DNA of 64,000 nt from Chthoniobacteraceae bacterium (GCA_031409335.1 JANNWY010000071.1:14440-78439), one strand, 5' to 3'; counted from the stretch's first letter, positions 9,441 through 19,315 are shown. Notes: generated by a model from the sequence alone, not told the origin. Made by a program: numbers and translations.

Positions 9441-9608
9441 TTCCGGGGAGCGAGCGCGTCTCGCGTGCTGGCGAAGGCGTCCCGCCTTCGCGGACTTCCC
9501 TGCCGCGTCGGTAATGATTTCGTGAACGAACTCCGTGGCGACGCGGCAGGGAAGTTCGTTTCGGCGGGACGCCGAAACCAGCACCCGAGACGGGCGCGCT
9601 CCCCGGAA
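9441..9608. repeat. REP-like nested hairpin element
   Basis: 31-bp outer IR at 9441-9471 and 9578-9608 (3 mismatches); inner IR ACTTCCCTGCCGCGTCG / CGACGCGGCAGGGAAGT; short internal GGCGTCCCGCC-type stems. Confidence 0.8.
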
Positions 9609-9679
9609 ACCCGCCACCCGTTTCCAAAAAAATCCGCCATTGCCTCTCCCGCGCCTCCGGCGAAAATGGCGTCACCGCT

Positions 9680-11200
9680 ATGAACCTCCCCGCCTTTCTC
9701 CGCATCGCCGTGCTCGCCGCGATGCAATGTGCGGCCTTCGCCGCCGTCACGCCGCAAGTCGCGGAACTCAGCTTCGACAAGCGTTTTGAAAAAGCCGGCG
9801 CGATTCCCGATACGGAAGTTCCCGCGTGGATCGCGGGCATCGAGCAGCACGGTGGCGCGTTCCTCGATGAGCCGAAATGCTGGCACGTCGCCGCGACCGG
9901 AAAGGAAGGCGCGGGCCGGCTCGCGATCGGCCTCGACCGCAAGCTGATCAAGGAGAACCTCGTCGCGACCGTCCTCTTCGACGCGGACGACTCCGCCGAC
10001 ATCGCCATCCAGCTTTTCGACGCGCAGGGCCGCGCGGTCGTGCTCGATCTTTTCGGCAATCTCGTGGATGTCGGCAGGGACGCGACGACGAACACTTTCG
10101 TCATCCCGCTCGTAAAATATCCGAGCGCCGAAAAGATCGTGATCCGGCGGATTCGCGGGGACGTGAAAGTGTATGGCATCGTGCTTTATCCCGTCGTCAT
10201 CGAAGGCGCGCCGGTGAAGGAGGCGCTGACGGAACTCGCGCGCGTGCTCGGCGATCCGCTCAGTCCCGAAAACCCGCTGCTCAAGGGACTCCGACAAATC
10301 GCGAAAAGCGGCAGCGTGGCGATCGATCCCGCGCATCCACCGAAGCCGAAAGCCGGACTCGAAAAAGCCACGGGCGCAAAGCCGCGCGGGAAGTATGCGG
10401 CGGCGGTCGCGCCTGCGGCCGGCATGAAAATTTCGCCACCACCAACGGAAGGATTGATGGGTTGGTGGAATTTCGCGGGTGGCACCGCGGCGGATACCAG
10501 CGGGCGGAAACACGACGGAGTCATCCGCGGCGGCGCGCAATTTGTGGACGGGCTCCACGGCAAGGCGCTCAAGCTGCGCAAAAATCCGTCCGCCGCGCGC
10601 GCCGTGTCGTGGGATTCGGTGACGCTGCCGCCGAATCCCGATCTCGCCTTGACAGACTCGCTCACCGTTTCCGCGTGGATCAAGTATTCCAGCATCGCGC
10701 GCAACTGGGGCTCGCAGATTGTGTGGTTCGGCGATTCGCAATTCGGACGCGATCCGTATGTGCTGCATCTCTGGAAAGATGGGACACTCGAACTTCGCTC
10801 CGATCGCTCCGTCACTGGCCGTCCGGTCTTCACCGTCTTCGAGGATGAAATCCACCTTTCACCAAAAGGTGTACCGATGATGAACCAGCACGTCGGCGTG
10901 TGGTCGCCGGATACGCTCGCGCCGGAGACGTGGTATTTCGTGGCCGGCACGATCGAGAAAATCGCGCCGCGCAAAACCGTCCTGCGGCTTTTCGTGAACG
11001 GTGACAGCGTCGGCGAGGTGAGGACGCCGGAAGTCGTGAACTATCCGACCGACAAAATGTGGATGACGATCGGCGCGGTGGACCTCGGGACGTGGCAGAA
11101 CTTCGATGGCCTCATCGCAGACGTGCGCGTTTACAATCGCCCGCTTTCCGCAGCGGAAATCAAGACGCTCTACCAGCAGCCGTGGCAGTCGGGGAAGTGA
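9680..11200 (+). CDS. Secreted protein with an unknown N-terminal domain and a C-terminal LamG domain
   Basis: Signal peptide (AAFA-A); C-terminal GLMGWWNF...DTSG...LTVSAWIK...WYFVAGT...LFVNG...FDGLIADVRVYNRPLSAAEI. Confidence 0.8.
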   Translation: MNLPAFLRIAVLAAMQCAAFAAVTPQVAELSFDKRFEKAGAIPDTEVPAWIAGIEQHGGAFLDEPKCWHVAATGKEGAGRLAIGLDRKLIKENLVATVLFDADDSADIAIQLFDAQGRAVVLDLFGNLVDVGRDATTNTFVIPLVKYPSAEKIVIRRIRGDVKVYGIVLYPVVIEGAPVKEALTELARVLGDPLSPENPLLKGLRQIAKSGSVAIDPAHPPKPKAGLEKATGAKPRGKYAAAVAPAAGMKISPPPTEGLMGWWNFAGGTAADTSGRKHDGVIRGGAQFVDGLHGKALKLRKNPSAARAVSWDSVTLPPNPDLALTDSLTVSAWIKYSSIARNWGSQIVWFGDSQFGRDPYVLHLWKDGTLELRSDRSVTGRPVFTVFEDEIHLSPKGVPMMNQHVGVWSPDTLAPETWYFVAGTIEKIAPRKTVLRLFVNGDSVGEVRTPEVVNYPTDKMWMTIGAVDLGTWQNFDGLIADVRVYNRPLSAAEIKTLYQQPWQSGK

Positions 11201-11251
11201 CGGCGGCAAGCTCGGCTCGACGGGGACGCGCTGCCGCGCTACGATCTCAGC

Positions 11252-11815
11252 ATGATCGGCATCCTCGAATTCCCTGAAGTGCGCCAGCGCGTGTCTCGCT
11301 TGTCGGTCGGGGAGTATCACCAACTCGGGGAATTCAACGAGAATGGCAAACGCACCGAATTGATCCGCGGCATCGTCATCGAAAAAATGTCCAAGTCACC
11401 CCGCCACAGTTCGCTGAGCACACGGCTTTACAAACTCATCCTGCTGGCTCTGCCGGATGGCTACACGGCACGAAAGGAGGAGCCACTGACCTTCGTCGAT
11501 TCCGAACCGGAGCCGGATATTTCCGTGTTGCGCGGGAGCGATGCCGACTTTGCAGCGGGGCATCCGACGAGTGCGGAACTCGTGGTCGAAATTGCCGTGA
11601 GCAGTGCCGTGTTGGATCGCGAAATCGCTTCGCTCTATGCCGAGTCGGGCGTGAAGGAATACTGGATCGTGCTCGGTGGCGAGCGCCGGGTGGAAGTTTA
11701 CCGCCTACCAAACAATGGTGCTTACACCGAAAAGTTAATGATTGGCCCTGGCGAGAATCTTGTGTGCGCCTCCGTCCCGGGCGTTAGCATCGCGCTCGAC
11801 GAGCTTTTCGCTTAA
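11252..11815 (+). CDS. Uma2 family (PD-(D/E)xK-like) endonuclease
   Basis: ELIRG, SPRH, EPEPDISV, LVVEIA, YAESGVKEYWIV. Confidence 0.9.
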   Translation: MIGILEFPEVRQRVSRLSVGEYHQLGEFNENGKRTELIRGIVIEKMSKSPRHSSLSTRLYKLILLALPDGYTARKEEPLTFVDSEPEPDISVLRGSDADFAAGHPTSAELVVEIAVSSAVLDREIASLYAESGVKEYWIVLGGERRVEVYRLPNNGAYTEKLMIGPGENLVCASVPGVSIALDELFA

Positions 11816-13362
11816 CGCGCTGCCGTTCCCGTCACCGCGCCCATCGGCACGGGCACAAATTCCTTCACCACTTTCGCGTCCGCCACGGTCACGAAGCGCA
11901 CCTTCCCATCCTCGCCCGCGACTGCGACCGCGCTGCCATCGGGGCGGTAGCAGATCGTGTAGGCGCCGGCGTCGAGCGGGAGAGTGGCGATGAGTTTTGT
12001 CTCGCTCACGTAGTGCGCGGCGAGGCGTTTCTTTTCGTCGTCGTTGCGCGCGCCTTCGTCCTTGCCTTCGATCGCCAGCATGTCGGCGGGCATCTCGGTG
12101 TTGAAGTCGTAGTTGTAGAAGTTGAGCGTGCCTTTGCCGTCGAGCGAACCGGCAGCGGCGAACTTCGTGCCATCCGGCGAAAAGGCGACGGAGTAGATGC
12201 GGCCTTCCATGGCGGGCCATTTGCGGATCATGAGGGCGTTGTCGCCGATGTGGCGCTGGACTTTGCGCACGATGCGATACGCCTGCGGTGCGCCGTCCGC
12301 GCCGCCGACGAGGAATTCATCGCGCTGCGGATGCCGCGCCACGCACTGCAAACCGCCGCGCAACGCGCCCGGCGTGATGCTGGAAATGTTGTCGATGAAA
12401 CGCTGCGTGGCGACTTCGGTGAGCTTCGCGCTCATGTCGCGCCCGACGCTCACGAGCTGATCGCCTTTCACCGAGAAGGCGGTGCCGAGCACCCAGTCGC
12501 TGTGCGAATTTTGCTGGAGAATTTGCGTGCCGGTCGTGGCGTCGATGGCGCGCAGCATATTGTCCGGGCAGCCAAAGGAAACCGACTTGCCATCCGGCGA
12601 CCAACTGATGCCGTACAGCGTGTCGAAGCCAACGGGAGCACTCAGCGCGAGTTTCCGCTTTTCCACATCCCAGATTTGCACTTCGCCCATTTGCGCGGGC
12701 CGTCCGCCGGATGCTGCGAGCCGTTTTCCATCCGGGGAAAACCGCACTGCCTGGATGCGTTCGCTGAGGCCGATGAGGCGTGCGAGCAATTCGGAGCCAT
12801 CGCTTTTCCAAAGCAGAATCTCGTGAAACCCCGCGACCGCGACCAGCGATCCATCGGGTGAAAAATCCAGCGATGTGATGACGGGAGGGCGTTGATAGAC
12901 CGGCGGATGCGCGGCGTCGTAGCGCTGCTTCGCATTGGGCGGTGTGTCGTCGATCGCACCCTCGGCAATCCAGCGGCGGATCAAGGCCAGATCGGCATCC
13001 GCGAGCGGCGCTTTCTTCGGCGGCATCTCGGCTTTGCCCTGGTCGGGCGTGATTTGTTTCACGAGCAACGAGTGGTCCGGGTCTTTGGGAACGATCGCGT
13101 GCAAGCCATCTGCCACGCTCTCGCCGCCATCGAGCAGCTTCGCAAAATCCGTCATCACATAGCCGCCTTTCGCCTTCGCGGGTTGATGGCATCCCTGGCA
13201 GTTCGCCTGAAAAAGCGGCCGGATTTTTTTGAAGTAACTCACGGGCGCGTTCGGGTCTTCGTCGGACTTTGCCGGCGGCGCGGCAGCGATCGCGGCAGCG
13301 GAAAGCGCGAGAAGCGCGAGAAGCGCGAGAAGCGCGAGGGGAAAAATGGGGCCGATTTTCAT
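11812..13362 (-). CDS. Planctomycete-type cytochrome c domain plus WD40-repeat protein
   Basis: Signal peptide; VSYFKKIRPLFQANCQGCH...MPP...IRRWIAEGA, then repeated FSPDG/WSPDG WD40 units. Start taken at MKIGPIF (ATG 13362). Confidence 0.85.
   Translation of the reverse strand: MKIGPIFPLALLALLALLALSAAAIAAAPPAKSDEDPNAPVSYFKKIRPLFQANCQGCHQPAKAKGGYVMTDFAKLLDGGESVADGLHAIVPKDPDHSLLVKQITPDQGKAEMPPKKAPLADADLALIRRWIAEGAIDDTPPNAKQRYDAAHPPVYQRPPVITSLDFSPDGSLVAVAGFHEILLWKSDGSELLARLIGLSERIQAVRFSPDGKRLAASGGRPAQMGEVQIWDVEKRKLALSAPVGFDTLYGISWSPDGKSVSFGCPDNMLRAIDATTGTQILQQNSHSDWVLGTAFSVKGDQLVSVGRDMSAKLTEVATQRFIDNISSITPGALRGGLQCVARHPQRDEFLVGGADGAPQAYRIVRKVQRHIGDNALMIRKWPAMEGRIYSVAFSPDGTKFAAAGSLDGKGTLNFYNYDFNTEMPADMLAIEGKDEGARNDDEKKRLAAHYVSETKLIATLPLDAGAYTICYRPDGSAVAVAGEDGKVRFVTVADAKVVKEFVPVPMGAVTGTAAR
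13303..13338. repeat. Four exact copies of a 9-bp tandem repeat (AAGCGCGAG) encoding (LAL)4 in a signal peptide
   Basis: Read directly at 13303, 13312, 13321 and 13330. Confidence 0.9.
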
Positions 13363-13670
13363 GTGGGTGAGTCTATCGGGAAAACGCATTCATTCTTAGT
13401 GACCGTGAAACAGGTCGAAAAGCGCGATCCAGGCGTCTCGGCCTGGTCGCTGGGTGAGTGGGTCGAAAAATGCGAAGGCCGGGCAGGCTAGGTTCAAACT
13501 GTTGCTGTTCTCGCTGCTGACCTCGGATTCTTTTCTTCTGCGGAAACAGGATGTCCCGCAGATTCAGGGAGGTCGCATATGTTTTTTTGAAATGAAGCAC
13601 TAACCAGTGACATGAACTCTCCTTCCTCAATCCGTGGACGCTCTGAATCTGCGGCAACCCAGCTTCTTCA

Positions 13671-14177
13671 ATGACCACCACGCTCAGTTCGTTCGGCGCT
13701 GCGTGCGGGCCGGACGGCGCTATCTGGGTCACTGATTACTATCGGGAAATCATCGAGGACTATTCTGCCATCCCGCGCCACTTGCGGCAGCAATACGGCG
13801 TCTATGGCGGTCACGACCGTGGGCGCATCCACCGCCTCACCCACCGCGGCATCGCGCTCACTGGCCCGCGTGATGCGAAACGCGGCCACGAAGTTTTCAC
13901 GCAGTCCTGCGCCGTCTGCCACCAAGTCGGCAAGGAAGGCCACGTCTTCGGCCCCGACCTGCTCGGCGAACTCGGCGTCGCCAAGGAAACGCTCGTGCGC
14001 CATCTCCTGCTGCCCAACAAACGCATCCGCCCCGGCTACGAAACCACGCTCGTCGAACTCCACGACGGCATCCTCGGCCGCTCCGACTTCAGCGACGAAC
14101 ACGGCGCATACTCGTATCCTGCCAAGGCGGGCCATGTGCTCGTCGGGAAACTTTGGGGCGCGGCAGAAAAGCAATGA
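13671..14177 (+). pseudogene. Internally deleted remnant (or mini-version) of a PVC-type membrane-bound dehydrogenase/CxxCH heme protein
   Basis: The last propeller segment (GPDGAIWVTDYYREIIE...DRGRIHRL) is joined directly to a heme domain (RGHEVFTQSCAVCH...GPDL...LLPNKRIRPGY). No signal peptide, no HEAT region, and the C-terminus degenerates. Confidence 0.6.
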
Positions 14178-15064
14178 ACACCCGCACCTCGTTCGCTTGT
14201 TTGCACTTCGCCGTGCTGCTCTTCGGGCTCTCCGGGCTGATTGGAAAAGCGGTGAGCAGCACCGCGCTGGTGGTGACGTGCCTGCGCTCGCTGGTCGGCG
14301 CGCTGGCGCTGGCGGCGTTTCTCGCGCTGCGCCGCGACGGTGCGCTGAGGGCCTGGCGCGGACACTTCGGCGCATTGCTCGCGGGGGGCGCGTTGCTCGC
14401 CGTGCATTGGTGGACGTTCTTCGCGGCCATCCAGCGGAGCACCGTCGCGCTGGGGTTGCTGACGTATGCGAGCTATCCGCTGTTCGTCACGCTGCTTGGC
14501 TGGGTTGTGTTGCGCGAACGTCCACGCCGCGCGGACCTGTTTGCGTGCGCGCTCGTGGTCGCGGGCCTCGTGCTCGTGGTGCCGGACTGGAATTTCGGTG
14601 GGCAAACGGGCCTCGCGCTGGCGTTGGGTGTGACGTCGGGCTTCACTTTCGCCGTGCTGACGCTGCTCAACCGCCGATTGGCTCAGACGGTGCCGCCGCT
14701 GGGGCTGGTCACGGCACAGTTGGCCGCCGCCGGTCTTCTCCTACTCCCGCTCGCCGTCGCGCAACTGCCGCTGGTGCCACCGGGCGATTGGGTGTGGCTC
14801 GTGGTGCTCGGCATTGTTTTCACCGGGCTGGCGCACGCGTGTTTCACCGCGTCGCTCCGGCGCGTGCGCATGGCAGTCGTGGGCGTGGTGGCGGCGTTGG
14901 AGCCGGTCTATGGCATCGCCGCTGCGTGGTTGTTTCTCCGTGAACAGCCCTCGGCCTTGATGCTCCTCGGCGGCGCGTTCATCATCGGAGCGAGTGTGCT
15001 GAGCCTCTTTGTGAAACCGGCAGTCGCCATCGTCCGGCCTAAGAACGTGAAGCCCGCGCCATAG
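14174..15064 (+). CDS. DMT/EamA family transporter
   Basis: About 10 hydrophobic segments in two EamA halves; HWWTFFAAI and LEPVYGI motifs; ATGA overlap with the upstream ORF. Confidence 0.88.
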   Translation: MNTRTSFACLHFAVLLFGLSGLIGKAVSSTALVVTCLRSLVGALALAAFLALRRDGALRAWRGHFGALLAGGALLAVHWWTFFAAIQRSTVALGLLTYASYPLFVTLLGWVVLRERPRRADLFACALVVAGLVLVVPDWNFGGQTGLALALGVTSGFTFAVLTLLNRRLAQTVPPLGLVTAQLAAAGLLLLPLAVAQLPLVPPGDWVWLVVLGIVFTGLAHACFTASLRRVRMAVVGVVAALEPVYGIAAAWLFLREQPSALMLLGGAFIIGASVLSLFVKPAVAIVRPKNVKPAP

Positions 15065-15109
15065 CTGCCCGTGTTTTATCCGTGACGATCCTGGCGGCGC
15101 GGAGAGCCT

Positions 15110-15439
15110 TTACGCCACCGTCAGCGGGCCGTCGAACATGGTGAGGCTGACGACCTCGGTCTTTGCCACGTGCGGGCCGTGTCGCACGCCTTTCGGCGCA
15201 AAGAAGAGCGTGCCAGATGTGTAGGTGACGCTGCCTTCCTGCCACTCGCCCGAGAGTATCCATGCCCATTCATTGGCCACGGGATGGGTGTGCGCCGGGA
15301 TGGTCATGCCTGCTTGAAATTTCCGCAGGACGACGACTCCGCCAGTCGCTTCGTGGGTATGGAGGATTTTCAACTCGACGCCATCGTAAGGGCCGGGCTG
15401 CCAGGGTTTGTCTTCGGCGAGCGCGATGTAGGGAAACAT
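15110..15439 (-). CDS. Cupin domain protein (ChrR-like)
   Basis: IPAHTHP..EWAWILSG...GTLFFAPKGVRHGP; start taken at MFPYIAL (ATG 15439). Confidence 0.85.
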   Translation of the reverse strand: MFPYIALAEDKPWQPGPYDGVELKILHTHEATGGVVVLRKFQAGMTIPAHTHPVANEWAWILSGEWQEGSVTYTSGTLFFAPKGVRHGPHVAKTEVVSLTMFDGPLTVA

Positions 15440-15491
15440 GGTGCCATGCAACTGCGCGCCCGGGTGGACGGCAAGCGCGGCGTCGCCGTTG

Positions 15492-16937
15492 TCAAAGTTC
15501 CGTGTCGCGAATGGTTCGGAGCAGTTCTTCGAGGCGCGTCCAGAATTCCCGTCCCGATGGGAGGCCATTGCCCATGAGGGCGAAGGTGAGTTCGCGGCCT
15601 GCGGCGGTGCGGATGAAGCCGGCCTTGGTTTTTACGCCGGACATGCCGCCGATCTTTCCGCGCACGGTGCCGCCGGCGTAGGCGGTGAGGCTTTCGTAAA
15701 ATCGCTGGCCGTGCGGGCCGCGGCGGGCGGCGAGATTGACGCGGGCGAGGTCGAGCGGGCGGATCATGTTGGCGCGGGCGAGGCCGCTGCCGTCGAGCAG
15801 GCGCAGGCCGGTGAATGCGACGCCCGCTTTTTCCCAATACTGCCGCACGGCGTCCGCGGGAGCAGTGCCCTGCCGCTGACCGATCGTGAGGAAAAGGCAC
15901 TGCGCTTCGAGGTTGTCGGAGACCTGGTGAAGGTGGTCGATGATTTCGGCGAGCGGCGCGGACTGGTGAGTGGCGAGCATCGTTTTCGCGGTCGTGGCAA
16001 ATGGGCCGGGAGCGTCGCTGAATTTCACACCGGCGCCTGTGAGGCGCGCGCGGAGCAGCTCGGCGGCGAGGGCAGGGGGATCGGGGATCGCGCCATAGAT
16101 GGGGAAATTCCCCGCGCCAGCCGGGACGGTCCCGCGCAGAGTGACCGTGCGGCCATAGGGTTCCGAGTAAATGACGACTTCATCGCCGCTGCTGGCAGGG
16201 CCGGTGATGACACGATTTTCCCAGCGGGTGTCGCGCGGCGCAGGGCCGCCGCCGAGAAATTTTGCGGGCTCACCGGGCTGCGCGCCAGGCTCGAAGCGGA
16301 CTTCGAGCCGGTTGTGTTCGAGGTTCAACCCAAAGGCTCCCGCGCCGTAGGCATTGCCGATGTCGCCCCAGTTCCAATACTCGCTCATCGGATCGTGCGG
16401 AAAGACCGAGGCATCGACCCGCAGGCTTCCGGCGACCTTTTTCAAACCGCTCGCGATCGCAGCGTCGGCGAGTTCGTCGAGGTCGGCTTGTGAAAAAGTG
16501 GGATCGCCACTGCCGACGAGCACGAGATCGCCGTCGAGCGTTCCCGCGGCAGCGATCGGCGCGGTGGCGGTCAGCATCGTCTCAAAGCGAAACTCCGGTC
16601 CGAGGATTCCGAACGCCGCGCCAGTCGTCACGGTCTTCAGCGCGGACGCAGGGCACAGCGCAGTCGCGGCGAGCGGCGATGCAAAAAGGGTGCCGCCGTT
16701 TTCATCGAGCAGGCAAAAGCCGAGCAGCGCGCCGGCGAGCTTCGGATCGGCCGACCATTCGCGGAAGATGCGCTCGATTTTGCCTTCCGGCATCGGCGCA
16801 ATCTCTGTTTGCGCGACGGGTTTTTCCTCGCGCTGATGGTCAGTGCGCAGGCCCATTACCACAGCCGCTGCCCAGCCGGAAAGCAGCAGGATCAGTTGAA
16901 GGAGAACTATGAAAGGAGATCGTTTGGAGACGGTCAC
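15492..16937 (-). CDS. dacB: D-Ala-D-Ala carboxypeptidase/endopeptidase, peptidase S13 (PBP4)
   Basis: PASALK (SxxK), LVGSGDPT, SDN, DGSGL and KIG at the KTG position; N-terminal membrane anchor; start uncertain (GTG 16937). Confidence 0.88.
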   Translation of the reverse strand: MTVSKRSPFIVLLQLILLLSGWAAAVVMGLRTDHQREEKPVAQTEIAPMPEGKIERIFREWSADPKLAGALLGFCLLDENGGTLFASPLAATALCPASALKTVTTGAAFGILGPEFRFETMLTATAPIAAAGTLDGDLVLVGSGDPTFSQADLDELADAAIASGLKKVAGSLRVDASVFPHDPMSEYWNWGDIGNAYGAGAFGLNLEHNRLEVRFEPGAQPGEPAKFLGGGPAPRDTRWENRVITGPASSGDEVVIYSEPYGRTVTLRGTVPAGAGNFPIYGAIPDPPALAAELLRARLTGAGVKFSDAPGPFATTAKTMLATHQSAPLAEIIDHLHQVSDNLEAQCLFLTIGQRQGTAPADAVRQYWEKAGVAFTGLRLLDGSGLARANMIRPLDLARVNLAARRGPHGQRFYESLTAYAGGTVRGKIGGMSGVKTKAGFIRTAAGRELTFALMGNGLPSGREFWTRLEELLRTIRDTEL

Positions 16938-17147
16938 GCGATTCAGGCTATGCAACTTCGTGCGGAAGTTGCCGCAAAAATCCAACTACGTCGGCGCGCT
17001 CACGACGCCGGATGCGCTTTTCACTTGTTCCAAGGAAAAGAGCGTTACGTCCACGCTGCGGGACATGACGATGAGAGAGGGCGCGCGGCTTGCGGGTGCG
17101 AAGAATTTCCCTCGTCATCGAAATCGGCGGGCGTTCCACTCGCCGCG

Positions 17148-18302
17148 ATGTCCGACCGTGATCACTTTCTCGAAAAACTCCGCGCCAGCGTGGAGAGCGG
17201 CACTTTCGTAAAGCTCACGCTCAGCCAGCCGACGGAAGCCGCAGGGGCGCTCCGCAATCTTTATGTGCGCATCGTCGAGCTTCGCGAAGGTCGCCAGGTC
17301 TCCTGTGTGTGGCGGTACGCGACGCGCGATGTGACGAAAAACTTCTCCACGGACGAAGCGCTGGAAACGATCGGAAAAGTGCTTGGCCATGAACTCGAAC
17401 GCGCGCATCTTTTCACCACCACCGGCGACTGGCAGTGGCGGATCGGCGGCGCGTTGAAAGCATCGCGCCCCGCATTCACACAGCTCCCGCCGCCCGCTCA
17501 CGATCGCGAAAAGCCGCGCGCGATTTCGCTCCAGAGCGGCTTCCTACGCGCGCTCGGCGTCACCAATGCTGACGGGAAGCCGCGGCCCGGCAAGGCGGAC
17601 AAACTGCGGCAAATCGAGCGATTCACCGAATTGCTCGGGCATCTCGTCGATGACTCGCCACTGCGCGATCGGCGCGCCGTGCGGGTGGTCGATATGGGTG
17701 CGGGAAAGGGCTACCTGACCTTTGCGACTTTCGATTGTTTTCGCGCGCGCGGGGTCTCGGCGGATGTCACGGGAATTGAATTGCGGGCGGACTTGGTGGA
17801 GCTGGGAAATCGCGTCGCGAAGGAAGTCGGTTTCGACGGATTGCGCTTCGTGCAAGGCGCGATCGGCGAGGTTGCAGCGGATGCCTGCGACGTGCTCATC
17901 GCGCTGCACGCGTGCGACACCGCGACGGACGATGCGCTCCACGAAGGCATCCGCGCCGACGCATCGCTCATCGTCGCCGCACCCTGCTGTCACAAGGAAA
18001 TCCGCCCGCAGATGCAGCCCCCGCCCGTGCTGCGCGATGTGTTGAAACACGGCATCCTGCTCGAACGCGAGGCCGAGATCGTGACGGATGCGATCCGCGC
18101 GCTGCTGCTGGAAATCCACGGCTACAAAGCGAGCGTTTTTGAGTTCATCTCGCCCGAGCACACCGGCAAGAATCTGATGATCGCCGCGCAACGTCGCGCG
18201 TACCCGCTCGATCCCGCACCCATGCGCGAGCGCCTGCGCGCACTGCTCGACTTTCACCAAATCCGCGAGCAGCGCCTTGCGAAAAACCTCGGCGAACTAT
18301 GA
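17148..18302 (+). CDS. SAM-dependent methyltransferase
   Basis: VDMGAGKGYLTF, IALHACDTATD, APCCH, EHTGKNLMI; start moved to ATG 17148. Confidence 0.88.
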   Translation: MSDRDHFLEKLRASVESGTFVKLTLSQPTEAAGALRNLYVRIVELREGRQVSCVWRYATRDVTKNFSTDEALETIGKVLGHELERAHLFTTTGDWQWRIGGALKASRPAFTQLPPPAHDREKPRAISLQSGFLRALGVTNADGKPRPGKADKLRQIERFTELLGHLVDDSPLRDRRAVRVVDMGAGKGYLTFATFDCFRARGVSADVTGIELRADLVELGNRVAKEVGFDGLRFVQGAIGEVAADACDVLIALHACDTATDDALHEGIRADASLIVAAPCCHKEIRPQMQPPPVLRDVLKHGILLEREAEIVTDAIRALLLEIHGYKASVFEFISPEHTGKNLMIAAQRRAYPLDPAPMRERLRALLDFHQIREQRLAKNLGEL

Positions 18303-19315
18303 GCCACTGGCCTTCCCAACAACTCGCCACCCTGCGCCGCCTCCGCGAGCGCTTCCTCGCGCGCACCGCTGGCGAGCGCGACTACTGGAAATCGCCCGAT
18401 GAACTCGCGCTCTACGATTCCACATTCGGCGAACGCATCGGCTGGAAATGGGACGCCGTGCTCGCCGAACTCGCCGCCCGCCACTGGCAGCCGCGCAGCA
18501 AACACATCCTCGACTGGGGCTGCGGCAGTGGCATCGCCGGCCGCCGCGTGCTCGCGCAATGGCCGCACCTCGAATCGCTCGCGCTTCACGACCGCTCCCG
18601 CCTTGCCTGCCGTTTCGCCGCCGAGCGCGCCCGCGCCGCGCACCCGCGCGTGACTTTGCGCGAGATGCGCGACGTCGGCCCGGACACCATGCTCGTGCTC
18701 AGCCACGTCCTCAGTGAACTCCCGCCCGCAGAACTGGCCGCCCTGCTCGCCCTCGCCCGGAAAGCGCGTGAAGTGCTTTGGGTCGAAGCCGGCACACACG
18801 AAGATAGCCGCCGCCTCATCGCCGAAGTGCGCGAAGCGCTGCTCCCGGAGTTTGCCACCGTCGCGCCCTGCACCCATCAGGCGCGGTGCGGCATGATGGT
18901 CGCGGAAAATGCGCCGCACTGGTGCCACCACTTCGCGCCAGTGCCGTCGGAGATTTTCCGCGATGGAAAGTGGATGGAGTTTGGACGCGACCTGAAGATC
19001 GACCTCCGCTCGCTGCCCTACAGTTTCCTCGTCCTTCAGCGCGCGGCCGATCACCTGCCGATGCCGCCGGATTTCTCCCGCGTCATCGGTCGTCCTCGCG
19101 AGGCCACCGGCTACTGCAAAATCCTGAGCTGCCATGCGGACGGCGTCAGCGAGTCGATGCTGCAAAAGCGCGATGCGCCGGATTTGCATCGCGCATTTCG
19201 CAAGGGAACGGCCGGGTCGATTTACCGATGGAAAATCGACCATGGGAGAATCACCGGTGCATCCACTTTGGATGAAAAAGACGCAATAAACCGCGCGCCA
19301 AACGGATCGCCATAA
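18299..19315 (+). CDS. Rsm22/METTL17-like methyltransferase
   Basis: ILDWGCGSG, SHVLSEL, VEAGT, APCTHQARC...WCHHF, YSFLVL. Confidence 0.75.
   Translation: MSHWPSQQLATLRRLRERFLARTAGERDYWKSPDELALYDSTFGERIGWKWDAVLAELAARHWQPRSKHILDWGCGSGIAGRRVLAQWPHLESLALHDRSRLACRFAAERARAAHPRVTLREMRDVGPDTMLVLSHVLSELPPAELAALLALARKAREVLWVEAGTHEDSRRLIAEVREALLPEFATVAPCTHQARCGMMVAENAPHWCHHFAPVPSEIFRDGKWMEFGRDLKIDLRSLPYSFLVLQRAADHLPMPPDFSRVIGRPREATGYCKILSCHADGVSESMLQKRDAPDLHRAFRKGTAGSIYRWKIDHGRITGASTLDEKDAINRAPNGSP

Noticed and set aside
9158..10855. 565-aa minus-strand ORF and similar long Arg/Ala-rich alternative frames throughout the window
   Set aside because: Typical high-GC shadow frames overlapping well-supported genes.
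11252..11815. Anti-phage or restriction system
   Set aside because: Lone Uma2 gene with no methylase or defence partners nearby.
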